From Lacunisphaera sp. (GTDB taxonomy: Bacteria > Verrucomicrobiota > Verrucomicrobiia > Opitutales > Opitutaceae): a DNA stretch of 64,000 nt. Numbering within the stretch: the first letter of the stretch is position 1; each line of letters opens with the position of its first letter. The stretch is from the NCBI GenBank assembly GCA_046590295.1, contig JBKJTZ010000108.1:985-64984 (forward strand). The letters are read 5' to 3'. Under the pieces are notes generated by a model. The model ran no database searches and was not told the DNA's origin. It saw only the letters and a list, made by a program, of their open reading frames with translations. Made by a program: the position numbers and the translations under genes. Below are positions 1 through 9,481 of the stretch, in pieces.

Positions 1-297
1 CCAGTAGCGGTAGAACGCCCGCAGCCCGGAGACATGATTATGGAGCGTGCGACGGTCGAGGCGCCGCTGGGACTCGATGATGAAGTCGCGCACCTCCCGC
101 GCCGTCAGCACGTCGAATCCACCCTCGCCCCGCTGGCTCGATTGCAACCAGAAGAAAAAACGGGCGAAGGCCTGCCGGTAGTTGCGCGCGGTGTAGGCGG
201 AGTAGCGGCGCTCCTTCCGCAGATGGTCGAGGAATGGCTGCAGCCACGCGGCGACAATGTCCGCAGGGAGATCCTCCTTTTGTTTGGTGGATTTCAT
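1..297 (-). CDS. Tyrosine recombinase (XerC/XerD-like), N-terminal part; gene runs off the window start
   Basis: Absent from the ORF track because there is no stop in the window. Own translation of the minus strand from ATG (297-295) gives MKSTKQKEDLPADIVAAWLQPFLDHLRKERRYSAYTARNYRQAFARFFFWLQ...TAREVRDFIIESQRRLDRRTLHNHVSGLRAFYRYW. This matches the SAM-like core-binding N-terminal domain of phage-integrase-family recombinases. Confidence 0.6.
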   Translation of the reverse strand, partial: MKSTKQKEDLPADIVAAWLQPFLDHLRKERRYSAYTARNYRQAFARFFFWLQSSQRGEGGFDVLTAREVRDFIIESQRRLDRRTLHNHVSGLRAFYRYW

Positions 298-299
298 GG

Positions 300-360
300 T
301 AGGGGCCGTTGCCCTCAACGGCCCTCGGTCAAGGGCGGTTGGGGGCAACCGCCCCTACCC
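300..360. repeat. REP-like double-hairpin element, copy 1
   Basis: TAGGGGCCGTTgccctcAACGGCCCtcggtcaAGGGCGGTTgggggcAACCGCCCCTACCC. It has two 8-bp stems with 6-nt loops. A reverse-complement copy lies at 49319-49373. It overlaps the 3' end of mazG. Confidence 0.75.
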
Positions 361-1000
361 GGGTTTCGACATCGCGCATGACTCGGTCGGTTTCTTTCCT
401 CAAGGCGGCTTCGGGATCTACGCCCTGCTGCCGGCACGCCTGGACGAGCGCCAGCAGGGCGCGACCAGCCTTCGACTCGTCGAGGTCGACGGCGCGGGAC
501 GGTGCGTCCACCGCTCCGTCCGCCGGCAGGTGCTTCTTCTCGATCTGCTTCAGGACCGCCTCGGCATACATCAAGGCCGGCAGCCGCGGCGGGAGTTCCT
601 TGAACACGCCGCTCTTCACCGGGCCGTGCTTCTTTTCCCCCGCCTTGATTTCCTCCCATTTGGTAATGACTTGGCCCGCCGTATCTAGGGGCGCATGGTC
701 GCCGAAGACGTGCGGGTGGCGGCGGATGAGCTTGTCGTTGATGCCGCGGGCCACGTCGTCAAAGTTGAAATCCCCGCGTTCCGCCGCCAGCTGGGCGTGG
801 AAGACGACCTGGATGAGCACATCGCCCAGTTCCTCGCGCATGTGCGGCACGTCCATCCGGTCGATGGTGTCGAGCAGTTCGCTGCACTCATCAACCAGGC
901 AGCGCGCGAGCGTCTGGTGGGTCTGCTCGCGGTCCCACGGGCAGCCGTCCGGGGCGCGGAGCCGCACCATGGTGCGACAAAGGTCTTCGATGGCACTCAT
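329..1000 (-). CDS. mazG: Nucleoside triphosphate pyrophosphohydrolase MazG
   Basis: ORF 329..1306(-) trimmed to the internal ATG at 1000. MSAIEDLCRTMVRLRAPDGCPWDREQTHQTL...EELGDVLIQVVFHAQLAAE...INDKLIRRHPHVF is the MazG EExxE/D signature region. The last codons are supplied by the REP-like repeat. Confidence 0.85.
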   Translation of the reverse strand: MSAIEDLCRTMVRLRAPDGCPWDREQTHQTLARCLVDECSELLDTIDRMDVPHMREELGDVLIQVVFHAQLAAERGDFNFDDVARGINDKLIRRHPHVFGDHAPLDTAGQVITKWEEIKAGEKKHGPVKSGVFKELPPRLPALMYAEAVLKQIEKKHLPADGAVDAPSRAVDLDESKAGRALLALVQACRQQGVDPEAALRKETDRVMRDVETRVGAVAPNRP

Positions 1001-1103
1001 GGGATTAGTGGAGTAACCATGAACGGCGGCAAATACACCAAAAAAGCCGGGGATTTTCAGATTCCTTTCCGGGGGTTTCGTGTGTTTCGTGGGGACTCCA
1101 TCC

Positions 1104-1901
1104 ATGGACAAGCTCACGGAAATCATGGCCCACAAGCGGCACGAGATCGCCCCGCTGTTGCGGCCGGTTTTCATCGACGAGCTGGCCGCGCTCAAGGCCG
1201 CGCTGCCGCCCGCGCCTTCCTTCCGCCAGGCCCTGCGGCGCCCGGACGGCAGCCTGGCGGTCATCGCCGAGATCAAGCGCCGCTCGCCCTCGGCCGGTGC
1301 CATCAAGGTAGGGGCGGCCGCCCTGGATCAGGCCCTCCGCTACCGCGAGGCCGGCGCCAGTGCCCTTTCCATTCTGACCGATGAAAAATATTTTGGGGGC
1401 ACGCTCGATGACCTTTGTGGGGTCACCGGGCACTTCGCGAAATCCCCGCCGGCCGTCCCCTGCCTGCGCAAAGATTTCATGGTGCACCCGGTCCAGGTGC
1501 TGCAGGCCCGCCTGGCCGGCGCCAGCGCCATCCTCATCATCGTCCGCGCGCTGACGGACGACGAGATCACGGCCCTGCACAATGCCGCCATCGCCGTCGG
1601 GCTCGACGTGCTGTTTGAGATTCACCGGGAGGACGAGCTCAAGCGCGCCGTTGCCCATGGCGCGAAGATCATTGGGGTGAACAACCGCGACCTCGCCCAC
1701 TTCACGACGGACCTCGCCCTGAGTGAGCGGCTGATCCCGCTTTTCCCGAAAAACGTCATCGCCGTCAGCGAGAGCGGCATCGCCACCGCGGCGGACGCCG
1801 CCCGGGCCCGGGCCTGCGGCGCCCACGCCGTGCTGGTCGGCGAGTCGCTGATGAAGGCGGAGGACCCGGCCGCCCTGATCGCGGAGTTTCGCCGCCCCTA
1901 G
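1104..1901 (+). CDS. trpC: Indole-3-glycerol phosphate synthase
   Basis: ORF 1080..1901 trimmed to ATG 1104. LAVIAEIKRRSPSAG, ALSILTDEKYFGG, LRKDFMV and IGVNNRDL are classic TrpC motifs. Confidence 0.9.
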   Translation: MDKLTEIMAHKRHEIAPLLRPVFIDELAALKAALPPAPSFRQALRRPDGSLAVIAEIKRRSPSAGAIKVGAAALDQALRYREAGASALSILTDEKYFGGTLDDLCGVTGHFAKSPPAVPCLRKDFMVHPVQVLQARLAGASAILIIVRALTDDEITALHNAAIAVGLDVLFEIHREDELKRAVAHGAKIIGVNNRDLAHFTTDLALSERLIPLFPKNVIAVSESGIATAADAARARACGAHAVLVGESLMKAEDPAALIAEFRRP

Positions 1902-1910
1902 CCCTCGCCG

Positions 1911-2756
1911 ATGCCCCTCTCCCCCACCTCCACCCGCGAGCTGCTGGCCCGGCTCGGGCACGAGCCCAAGCACTTTCTCGGGCAGAATTTCCTCGTGGAT
2001 GGCAATATCGTCCGCAAATCGCTCGAGCTGGCCCAGGTGCAGCCCGGCGACGCCGTGGTGGAAGTCGGGCCCGGCCTGGGCACGCTCACCGCCGCTCTGC
2101 TCGACGCCGGGGCGGAAGTCTGGGCGGTGGAGAAGGACCGCAACCTGCACGCGCACCTCACCGAGACCCTGGCCAAGGACCAGCCGAAGCTGCACCTGCT
2201 CGAAGGCGACGGCGTCGAGCACCCGTTGGCGGGCTTTGCTCCCGGCCGGGGCGAAACGGGACGTTCTTTCAAGATCGTCGCCAACCTCCCTTATGCCATC
2301 GCGTCACCCTGGCTCGACGGCGTCCTGTCCGGGCCGCTGCCGGAGCGGATGGTGCTCATGCTGCAGCAGGAGGCGGCCCAGCGCTATGTGGCGCAGCCCG
2401 GCTCCAAGATTTTCGGCGCGATCTCGATCTTCCTGCAGTCCGCCTACGCCGTGGCCCCGGGGCACAAGGTGGATGCCTCGTGCTTTTTCCCACGGCCGGA
2501 CATCGAGTCTGTCCTGCTGCACCTGGTCCGCCTGCCGGAACCACAGGTCTTCGCCCCGGCAGCCAAGGCGGTCATCCGTGCCTGCTTCCAGCAGCGTCGA
2601 AAACAGATCGGCGGCCTGCTCCGGGCCAAGCTGCCGGATGGCGGGGCCGCCTGGATCGCCCGGCTGACCGCCGCCGGCTTGGGCGCGCATTCCCGGCCCG
2701 AGCAGATTCCGGTGGCACTCTGGCGGCAACTCACGGTCGGAACCCTGCCGGCTTGA
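1911..2756 (+). CDS. rsmA: 16S rRNA (adenine1518/1519-N6)-dimethyltransferase
   Basis: KHFLGQNFLVDGNIVRKSLE..VVEVGPGLGTLT..IVANLPYAIASP is the KsgA/RsmA motif set. Confidence 0.9.
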   Translation: MPLSPTSTRELLARLGHEPKHFLGQNFLVDGNIVRKSLELAQVQPGDAVVEVGPGLGTLTAALLDAGAEVWAVEKDRNLHAHLTETLAKDQPKLHLLEGDGVEHPLAGFAPGRGETGRSFKIVANLPYAIASPWLDGVLSGPLPERMVLMLQQEAAQRYVAQPGSKIFGAISIFLQSAYAVAPGHKVDASCFFPRPDIESVLLHLVRLPEPQVFAPAAKAVIRACFQQRRKQIGGLLRAKLPDGGAAWIARLTAAGLGAHSRPEQIPVALWRQLTVGTLPA

Positions 2757-2778
2757 TATTCCTTCGCCGCCGGGTTTG

Positions 2779-3468
2779 ATGTTCCTCCTTCCGATGCGCG
2801 CGCGAATGATTCCGGTCCTGACCGCCTGCTCCCTCCTGGGTGGCGCCGTCCTGTCCGCCCAGACCGCCGGCCTCGCGGGCCAGATCAACCAGGGCACCTA
2901 CGTGTCCCCCACGGGTGAATTCTCGGTGCCGGTCCTCGTGCTGCCCGAGCTCGGCGGCGTCGTGTCCGACACCGCCAATGTCGTCACCTTTCACGACGAT
3001 TACAACGTCCACATCAGCATCGCCTGCTTCGGGCTGGATGCCGCGCAGAAGTGGGAACTCTCCACCCGCGGCCAGCGCGACTATCTTCTGTATTTCTTCA
3101 ACGAGTTCGTGCTCACGGATTTTATCCGACGCTATCCGGGGTCGAGGATCGAGAGCGCCCGGTTTGTCCCGGAGTTGCAGGACGGGACGCTGATTGCCTA
3201 CGCCCTGCTCCCCGGGGGGTCCACTTTCGAGGACAAGAACTACATCCTGGCCAACCCCGCCACCGCGCCGGTCACCGCCAAGCGCGGCACCCTGCTCTTT
3301 GTCCGCCAGGGCCACATCTTCATCCTCAGCACCGAGCTGGCCGAAAGGGCGACGCAGCGCAGCACCTACCGGTCGGAGGTCGAGAAGGAGGATGCGGTGC
3401 TCGCCGACCGCCTCATCGCGCTCGTCCACCGGTTGATTTTTCCCGCCGGCAAACCGCGCGCCCCCTGA
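2779..3468 (+). CDS. Secreted hypothetical protein
   Basis: ORF 2776..3468. The N-terminus MFLLPMRARMIPVLTACSLLGGAVLSAQ looks like a signal peptide. I recognise no family. Confidence 0.5.
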   Translation: MFLLPMRARMIPVLTACSLLGGAVLSAQTAGLAGQINQGTYVSPTGEFSVPVLVLPELGGVVSDTANVVTFHDDYNVHISIACFGLDAAQKWELSTRGQRDYLLYFFNEFVLTDFIRRYPGSRIESARFVPELQDGTLIAYALLPGGSTFEDKNYILANPATAPVTAKRGTLLFVRQGHIFILSTELAERATQRSTYRSEVEKEDAVLADRLIALVHRLIFPAGKPRAP

Positions 3469-3473
3469 GTCGC

Positions 3474-3962
3474 ATGGGCGAGGCCTACCAGGAACTGCTG
3501 CAGGGCGAGCCCGTTTACCGGCGGGCCCCCCCGCGTGATCATGAGCTGCTGGTGGACCGGATCCACGCCCTGGTCACCCGGTCCCTGCCCCTCAACTCCA
3601 CCCTGCGCCTGCTGCCCCCGCGTTCCGAGCTACCGCTCGGCGAGCACTCCGTCGTCCGGCCCGATCTGGCGGTCATCCACCCCGGGGCCGAGGCGACCGG
3701 ACTGCCCCGGCTTTATCTCGTGGCCGAGGTGCTGCTGCCCGGCGACCATCACGCCGACACGGTCATCAAGAAACAGCTCTGGGCCGACGCCCGGCTGCCC
3801 CGCCTCTGGATGGTCGACCCGCGCTACCTCAACGTCGAGGTTTACGGGCTCGGCGAATTCGGCTTCACCCTCACTGACATCCTCGCCCATCACCATCCCC
3901 TGACCGATCCGCACCTGCCCGGACTGGCTTGCTCCATGGACGAGCTGTTCGCTACGCTTTGA
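3474..3962 (+). CDS. Uma2-family (DUF820) putative endonuclease
   Basis: In-frame ATG 3474 inside ORF 3051..3962. RPDLAVI...LYLVAEVLLPGDHHADTVIKKQLWADARLPRLWMVDP resembles the Uma2 PD-(D/E)xK core (E-V-x-S/P...D...K...Y...W-x-VDP). Confidence 0.55.
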   Translation: MGEAYQELLQGEPVYRRAPPRDHELLVDRIHALVTRSLPLNSTLRLLPPRSELPLGEHSVVRPDLAVIHPGAEATGLPRLYLVAEVLLPGDHHADTVIKKQLWADARLPRLWMVDPRYLNVEVYGLGEFGFTLTDILAHHHPLTDPHLPGLACSMDELFATL

Positions 3963-3982
3963 AGCTTTCCCCAGCCCCTCCC

Positions 3983-6079
3983 ATGTTCCGCCCTGTCGCC
4001 CTCATGTGTGTCGTCACGCTTTCCGCCCAGGCATTCGACCTGGCCAACACCACGCCCCCGGTGGCCGCCCGGATACCCCGGGACGTATCCGTGCACGAGG
4101 ACCGGCGCATCGACGACTATTTCTGGCTGCGCGAAAAGGGCACCCCCGCAGTCGTCAGCCACCTCCAGCGGGAAAATGCCTACACCGAAGCCGTTCTCGC
4201 CCCCGCCAAGGAACTGCGCGCTGCCCTTTACCAGGAAATGGTCGGGCGCATCAAGGAGGACGATGCCTCCGCCCCGGTGCCTTATCACGGCTACAACTAT
4301 TACACGCGCACGGAAAAGGACCGGCAGTATCCGCTCTACTGCCGGCGGAGCCAGGCGGCCGATGCCAGGGAGGAAATCCTCCTCGATCTGAACAAGCTGA
4401 TCGGCACCAACACCTATATTGCCGTCGGCCACTATCGCGTCAGCGACGACGGCGCCCGCCTGGCCTACTCCATCGACTGGACCGGCTACCGGCAATACGA
4501 GGTATTCGTGATGGACCTTGCCACCAAGGATCTCGTCCCCCAGCAGGTCGGCCAGGTCGCCAGTCTCGTATGGGGTGCCGGTCACGACGTGCTTTATTAC
4601 GGCACCGAGAACGACAGCAAACGCTCGGACCAGGTCCATCGCTGGACCCTCAGCACCGGGCGGCACGAACTACTCTACGAAGACCGGGACGAGCTCTACA
4701 ACCTCGCGGTGCAGAAGTCGCGCGACGGGAAATTCGTCTTCTGCCACACGGAAAGCAAACTCACCACCGAGGTGTTCGCCCTGGACGCCGCCAATCCCAC
4801 CGCGCAGTTCACCAGCCTGCTGGGCCGCACCGCGGACGTGAAATACCACGCCGAGCATCGCGACGGGCGGTTTTACTTCGTCACCAACCGGGACGGCGCC
4901 AAAAACTACAAGATAATGTCCGCCCCCGACACCGCCCCCGCGCAGCTGTCGGACGTCATTCCGCACAACCCCGCGATCAAGATCGAGCCGGGCCTGGACA
5001 TGTTCGCCCGTTGCCTGGTCGTCGAGGAGCGCGAAGGCGGCCTGCCCCAGCTGCGCGTCTACGACTTTGCGACCGGCCGCTCGCGGCGCCTGGCGATGCC
5101 CGAAACGGCCTATGAGGTCACCGCCGACAAGAACTGGGAGTTCAACACCGACACTTTCCGCTTCAATTACCAGTCCCTGGTGCGGCCGCCGACGGTCTAC
5201 GCCGAAAATCTGGTCACCGGCGAACGCACCCTTATCAAGCAGACGGAAGTGCTCGGCGGCTTTGACCCGGCGCACTACCGGTCCGAGCGGTTGTGGGCGA
5301 CCGCCCGGGACGGCACGCCGGTGCCGCTGTCCATCGTCTACCGCGCGGACCTCGACCGCACCAAGCCCCAGCCACTCTGGCTTTATGGCTACGGGTCCTA
5401 CGGCATCAGCATGCCGGTTTCGTTCAATTCCGCCCGTGTTAGCCTGCTCGACCGTGGCTTGATCTACGTCATCGCGCACATCCGCGGCGGCGGCGAACTT
5501 GGCGAGGAATGGCGCGAGGCCGGCCGCATGGAGAAGAAGATGAACACGTTCACCGATTTCGTGGACGGCGGCGAGTGGCTCGTCGAGCAGGGCTGGACCA
5601 CCCCGCGGCAGCTCGTCACCTCGGGCCGCAGCGCCGGCGGCTTGCTCATGGGCGCGGTGCTGAACCTGCGGCCCGGTCTCTTCCAGGCCGCGCTGGTGGA
5701 GGTGCCCTTCGTTGACGTGCTCAACACCATGCTCGACGCCACCCTGACGCTCACCACCGAGGAATACATCGAGTGGGGCAATCCCAATGTCCGGACGGAA
5801 TACTTCTGGATGCGCGCCTACAGCCCTTACGACAACCTCCGGCCCGCCGCCTACCCCCACGTGCTCGTCAACGTCTCCTACAACGACAGCCAGGTGCCCT
5901 ACTGGGAGGGCGCCAAATACCTCGCCAAGCTTCGCTCGCTGGACACCGGTCACCACGCCACGCTGCTGCACGCGACGATGGGCGCCGGCCACGGGGGTGC
6001 GGCCGGGCGCTACGACGCCCTCCGCGACACCGCCCGCAACTACGCTTTCTTCCTCCAGTCCCTCGGCCTCGCCCGTTAG
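3983..6079 (+). CDS. ptrB: Oligopeptidase B / prolyl oligopeptidase family S9A serine peptidase
   Basis: ORF 3929..6079 trimmed to MFRPVALMCVV (signal-like). It carries DDYFWLREK, beta-propeller-length N-terminal part, the nucleophile motif GRSAGGLLMG and a C-terminal GAGHGG. Confidence 0.85.
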   Translation: MFRPVALMCVVTLSAQAFDLANTTPPVAARIPRDVSVHEDRRIDDYFWLREKGTPAVVSHLQRENAYTEAVLAPAKELRAALYQEMVGRIKEDDASAPVPYHGYNYYTRTEKDRQYPLYCRRSQAADAREEILLDLNKLIGTNTYIAVGHYRVSDDGARLAYSIDWTGYRQYEVFVMDLATKDLVPQQVGQVASLVWGAGHDVLYYGTENDSKRSDQVHRWTLSTGRHELLYEDRDELYNLAVQKSRDGKFVFCHTESKLTTEVFALDAANPTAQFTSLLGRTADVKYHAEHRDGRFYFVTNRDGAKNYKIMSAPDTAPAQLSDVIPHNPAIKIEPGLDMFARCLVVEEREGGLPQLRVYDFATGRSRRLAMPETAYEVTADKNWEFNTDTFRFNYQSLVRPPTVYAENLVTGERTLIKQTEVLGGFDPAHYRSERLWATARDGTPVPLSIVYRADLDRTKPQPLWLYGYGSYGISMPVSFNSARVSLLDRGLIYVIAHIRGGGELGEEWREAGRMEKKMNTFTDFVDGGEWLVEQGWTTPRQLVTSGRSAGGLLMGAVLNLRPGLFQAALVEVPFVDVLNTMLDATLTLTTEEYIEWGNPNVRTEYFWMRAYSPYDNLRPAAYPHVLVNVSYNDSQVPYWEGAKYLAKLRSLDTGHHATLLHATMGAGHGGAAGRYDALRDTARNYAFFLQSLGLAR

Positions 6080-6095
6080 AATCCCATCACCCCGA

Positions 6096-7127
6096 ATGAA
6101 ATCCCTCCTGCCCCTGCTGCTGCTCCCGGCGTTGTCGGTCGCGGCGCCGGCTCCCCCGCAGCCCTACGGCCTCGTGCTTCATGGCGGCGCCGGGGTCATC
6201 CTGCGCGAGAAGATGAGCCCGGAAATGGACGCCCAATACCGCGCCAAACTCGGCGAGGCCCTTGCCCAAGGCTATGCCATCCTCGCCGGGGGTGGCACAG
6301 CCCTCGACGCAGTCAACGCTGTCGTCAACCTCCTGGAGGATTCACCGCTCTTCAACGCCGGCAAGGGCGCCGTGTTCAATGCCGCCGGCCAATGCGAGCT
6401 CGATGCCTCCATCATGGACGGACGCACCCTGGCCGCCGGGGCGATCGCCGGGGTGCAGCACATCAGGAACCCGATCAACCTCGCCCGCGATGTCATGGTG
6501 CGGTCACCTCACGTGATGATGATCGGCGACGGCGCCGAGCAGTTCGCCCAGTCGCTGGGTTATGAGCTGGTGCCCAATGAGTATTTCCAGACCGACCACC
6601 GGCGCCAGCAACTCGAGCGCGCGCGGGAGCTGGAGAAGAATCCTCAGGCCAAGCCTGCCCCGCCCATCCACGCCGACGTGCAGCATTTTGTGCACGAGCA
6701 AAAATACGGCACCGTCGGCTGCGCCGCGCTGGACCAGCAGGGCAATCTCGCCGCCGCCACCTCCACCGGAGGGATGACCAACAAGAAATACGGCCGCGTC
6801 GGCGACGCCCCCATCATCGGCGCCGGCACCTACGCCAGCAACGCCACCTGTGCCGTCAGCGCGACCGGCTGGGGCGAGTTCTTCATCCGGGTCGGAGTCG
6901 CCCGGGACATCGCCGCGCAGATGGAATATCAGCACCGTCCCTTGGCCGAGGCGGCGGTCGCCTCGCTGGCCAAGGTCAAGGCGCTCGGCGGCGACGGCGG
7001 CGTCGTCGGCATCGACGCCCACGGCAACGTGGCCATGGAATTCAACACCGCCGGCATGTATCGCGCCCACCGGGTGTCGGGCGGGCCCTCCGTCGTGGCC
7101 ATCTATGGGGACGAGGCCGGCAAATGA
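6096..7127 (+). CDS. Isoaspartyl peptidase / L-asparaginase (Ntn hydrolase), secreted
   Basis: In-frame ATG 6096 in ORF 5787..7127. It has the signal peptide MKSLLPLLLLPALSVAAPA, then LVLHGGAG, FNAGKGAVF and the autoprocessing site GTVGCAALD. Confidence 0.85.
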   Translation: MKSLLPLLLLPALSVAAPAPPQPYGLVLHGGAGVILREKMSPEMDAQYRAKLGEALAQGYAILAGGGTALDAVNAVVNLLEDSPLFNAGKGAVFNAAGQCELDASIMDGRTLAAGAIAGVQHIRNPINLARDVMVRSPHVMMIGDGAEQFAQSLGYELVPNEYFQTDHRRQQLERARELEKNPQAKPAPPIHADVQHFVHEQKYGTVGCAALDQQGNLAAATSTGGMTNKKYGRVGDAPIIGAGTYASNATCAVSATGWGEFFIRVGVARDIAAQMEYQHRPLAEAAVASLAKVKALGGDGGVVGIDAHGNVAMEFNTAGMYRAHRVSGGPSVVAIYGDEAGK

Positions 7128-8467
7128 GACTCTGGTCCCCCCTGCTGCTGGTCAGCGTATTTCTGGCCGAGGGCCGGACCGATCCCGGCTTCCACGCCTG
7201 GGCACCACGGCCGCCGATGGGTTGGAACAGCTGGGACAGTTTCGCCACCACCGTCACCGAGGCGCAGGCCAAGGCCCAGGCGGATTTCATGGCCGCCAAG
7301 CTCGCGCGCTTCGGCTGGACCTACCTCACCGTGGACATCCAGTGGTATGAGCCCGCCGCGACGAGTTTCAATTACCGCAAGGGCGCCGTGCTCGCCATGG
7401 ACCAGTGGGGCCGCCTGCTGCCGGCCGAGAACCGTTTCCCGTCCGCCGCCAAGGGCGCCGGCTTCAAGCCGATGGGTGACTACCTCCACGCCAAGGGCCT
7501 GAAGTTCGGCCTGCACCTCCTGCGCGGCATCCCGCGCCAGGCCGTCGAGCAGAACACCCCCATCCTCGGTTCCACGGCCCGCGCCGCCGACATCGCCGAC
7601 CCCCACCGGATCTGTACCTGGAACACCGACATGTATGGCGTCGATCTGGCGAAGCCCGGTGCGCAGGAATACTATGACTCCGTGTTCGCCCTCCTCGCCT
7701 CGTGGGGCGTGGATTACGTCAAGGTGGACGACATCAGCCGCCCCTATGAGCAGAACCTCGCCGAGATCGAGGCGATCCGGCGGGCCATCGACCGCACCGG
7801 CCGCCCGATGATGCTGAGCCTCTCCCCGGGCGAAACGCCGCTTGCTGCCGGCGATCATGTGGCCGCGCATGCCAACCTCTGGCGCATCAGCGATGATTTT
7901 TGGGACAACTGGCCGGAACTCCTCAAACAGTTCGACCGGCTGCGCCGCTGGACCCCCTATGCCGGTCCCGGCCACTGGCCCGACGCCGACATGCTTCCGC
8001 TCGGCAAGATCCGCTTCGGCCAGGACACCCGGTTCACCAAGGACGAGCAGATCACGCTGATGACGCTTTGGAGCATCGCCCGCTCGCCGCTCATCCACGG
8101 GGGCGACATGACGCAGACGGATGCCTTCACCCTTTCGCTGCTCACCAATCCCGAGGTGATTGCGGTTAACCAGGACAGCACGGGCAACCACGAACTGTTC
8201 AACTACGACGGCCTCGTGGCCTGGGTGGCCAACGTACCCGGTTCCCAGGACAAATATGTCGCCCTGTTCAACACCACCGACCGGCGCACGCTTCCGCTGG
8301 TGCTGCCCCTGAAGGACCTGGGCTTCCCCGGCAGCGCGCGGGTGCGCGACCTCTGGGCCCGCATCGACCTGGAGGAGGAATTCCCGGACGAATTTTCGCC
8401 GCTGCTGCCACCGCATGGCGCGGGGCTTTACCGCATCACCCCCCTCTCTCCACCTCATGATAACTGA
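7124..8467 (+). CDS. Alpha-galactosidase-like glycoside hydrolase (GH27-type), secreted
   Basis: It has a signal peptide, PPMGWNSWDSF, VDYVKVDD and LWRISDDFWD. ATGA overlap with the preceding stop. Confidence 0.75.
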   Translation: MRLWSPLLLVSVFLAEGRTDPGFHAWAPRPPMGWNSWDSFATTVTEAQAKAQADFMAAKLARFGWTYLTVDIQWYEPAATSFNYRKGAVLAMDQWGRLLPAENRFPSAAKGAGFKPMGDYLHAKGLKFGLHLLRGIPRQAVEQNTPILGSTARAADIADPHRICTWNTDMYGVDLAKPGAQEYYDSVFALLASWGVDYVKVDDISRPYEQNLAEIEAIRRAIDRTGRPMMLSLSPGETPLAAGDHVAAHANLWRISDDFWDNWPELLKQFDRLRRWTPYAGPGHWPDADMLPLGKIRFGQDTRFTKDEQITLMTLWSIARSPLIHGGDMTQTDAFTLSLLTNPEVIAVNQDSTGNHELFNYDGLVAWVANVPGSQDKYVALFNTTDRRTLPLVLPLKDLGFPGSARVRDLWARIDLEEEFPDEFSPLLPPHGAGLYRITPLSPPHDN

Positions 8468-8843
8468 CCAACCCAGCCCCGGTCCGGCCCTCGGCTCCAC
8501 CGCCTTCGACTGGGCGCAGATTGCCCCCCAGCCGACGAAGGTCGGCGAGGTCCGCCCCTACTTCGATGCCGCGACCCGCACGCTCGCCCGGTTGGAATCA
8601 CACCTGACCACGCTCAATCCCGGGGAGATTTCCCACGCGGCCCACGCCCACGCCGACGAGGAGTTGATCGTGATCAAGGAAGGCACGGTCGAGGCGACCA
8701 TCAACGGCGTCGCCCACGTGGCGGGGACCGGCTCGGTTTTTTTCTTCGCCTCGATGGACCTGCACGGCCTGCGCAACCCCGGCACCGGGCGCTGCAGCTA
8801 CCACGTCATTCGCCTCTTCCCGCGGGATTTGCCCTCGGCCTGA
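8457..8843 (+). CDS. Cupin-domain protein
   Basis: ORF 8415..8843 trimmed to ATG 8457. GEISHAAHAHADEELIVIKEGTVEATING...VFFFASMDLHGLRN is a two-motif cupin pattern. Confidence 0.6.
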   Translation: MITDQPSPGPALGSTAFDWAQIAPQPTKVGEVRPYFDAATRTLARLESHLTTLNPGEISHAAHAHADEELIVIKEGTVEATINGVAHVAGTGSVFFFASMDLHGLRNPGTGRCSYHVIRLFPRDLPSA

Positions 8844-8876
8844 AATCCTCCGCAATCCACGGATTAGCGGGGATTT
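8843..8876 (+). terminator. Possible stem-loop terminator after the cupin gene
   Basis: AAATCCTCCGCaatccacggattaGCGGGGATTT followed by GTCTTTCC. The stem is imperfect (one unpaired base) and contains an inner AATCCacGGATT palindrome. Confidence 0.3.
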
Positions 8877-8922
8877 GTCTTTCCTCCCAGACGGGCACGC
8901 CAATCCTGTCCTGCCTTAGTCC

Positions 8923-9399
8923 ATGACCAAACAAGACCTCCTCACCCGGGTGATCGCCCGGCTTGCCGCCGACCTGGAGCAACTGACGACCGCCGCCCTC
9001 GCCACGCACGCCGAGGCCACGGATGAGGAGAACAAGGCCGAGGACAAATACGACACCCGCGGCCTCGAGGCCTCCTACCTCGCCCATGGCCAGTCCAAGG
9101 CCGCCGACGAAGCCGCGCTGGCGGTCACGCAGTTCCAGGCCCTGGCCATCCGGGATTTTGCCCCTGGCGAGCCCATCAGCCTCGGGGCCCTCGTCGTGCT
9201 GGAGGGCAAGGGCCGCAGCCACTATCTGGTCGGCCCGCGGGCCGGCGGCACCGAGATCGAGACGGATGGCCGCTCGATCATGGTCATCACGCCCCAGTCA
9301 CCCCTCGGCCGCCAGCTCATGGGGCGGAAACAGGGCGACGAGCTCTCGCTCGATTTTGGCGGCCGGCACAGCGACTACCGCGTGGCGTCGGTGGCCTGA
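8923..9399 (+). CDS. GreA/GreB-family elongation-factor-like protein
   Basis: It has an N-terminal coiled-coil-like acidic segment. The C-terminal LVVLEGKGRSHYLVGPRAGG...VITPQSPLGRQLMGRKQGDE resembles the GreA/B C-terminal domain. Confidence 0.55.
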   Translation: MTKQDLLTRVIARLAADLEQLTTAALATHAEATDEENKAEDKYDTRGLEASYLAHGQSKAADEAALAVTQFQALAIRDFAPGEPISLGALVVLEGKGRSHYLVGPRAGGTEIETDGRSIMVITPQSPLGRQLMGRKQGDELSLDFGGRHSDYRVASVA

Positions 9400-9481
9400 A
9401 AAAACCACCTACCGGCCAGCCGGGCGTCGGTGCTGGCTGAATGATTGCACTTTGCCGCAGCGCTGCTTTGTGTCACCGGTC

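Noticed and set aside
5787-6095. Long N-terminal extensions of many ORF-track entries that overlap the preceding gene. Examples are 5787..7127, 21793..23205, 23063..24040, 36087..37277, 37133..38221, 39336..40733, 42118..43380, 45837..47036 and 46891..48468.
   Set aside because: The extensions are P/R/A-rich and overlap the conserved C-termini of upstream genes. In every case an internal ATG or GTG sits at or within a few nt of the upstream stop and begins a typical N-terminus, so the shorter gene models were used.
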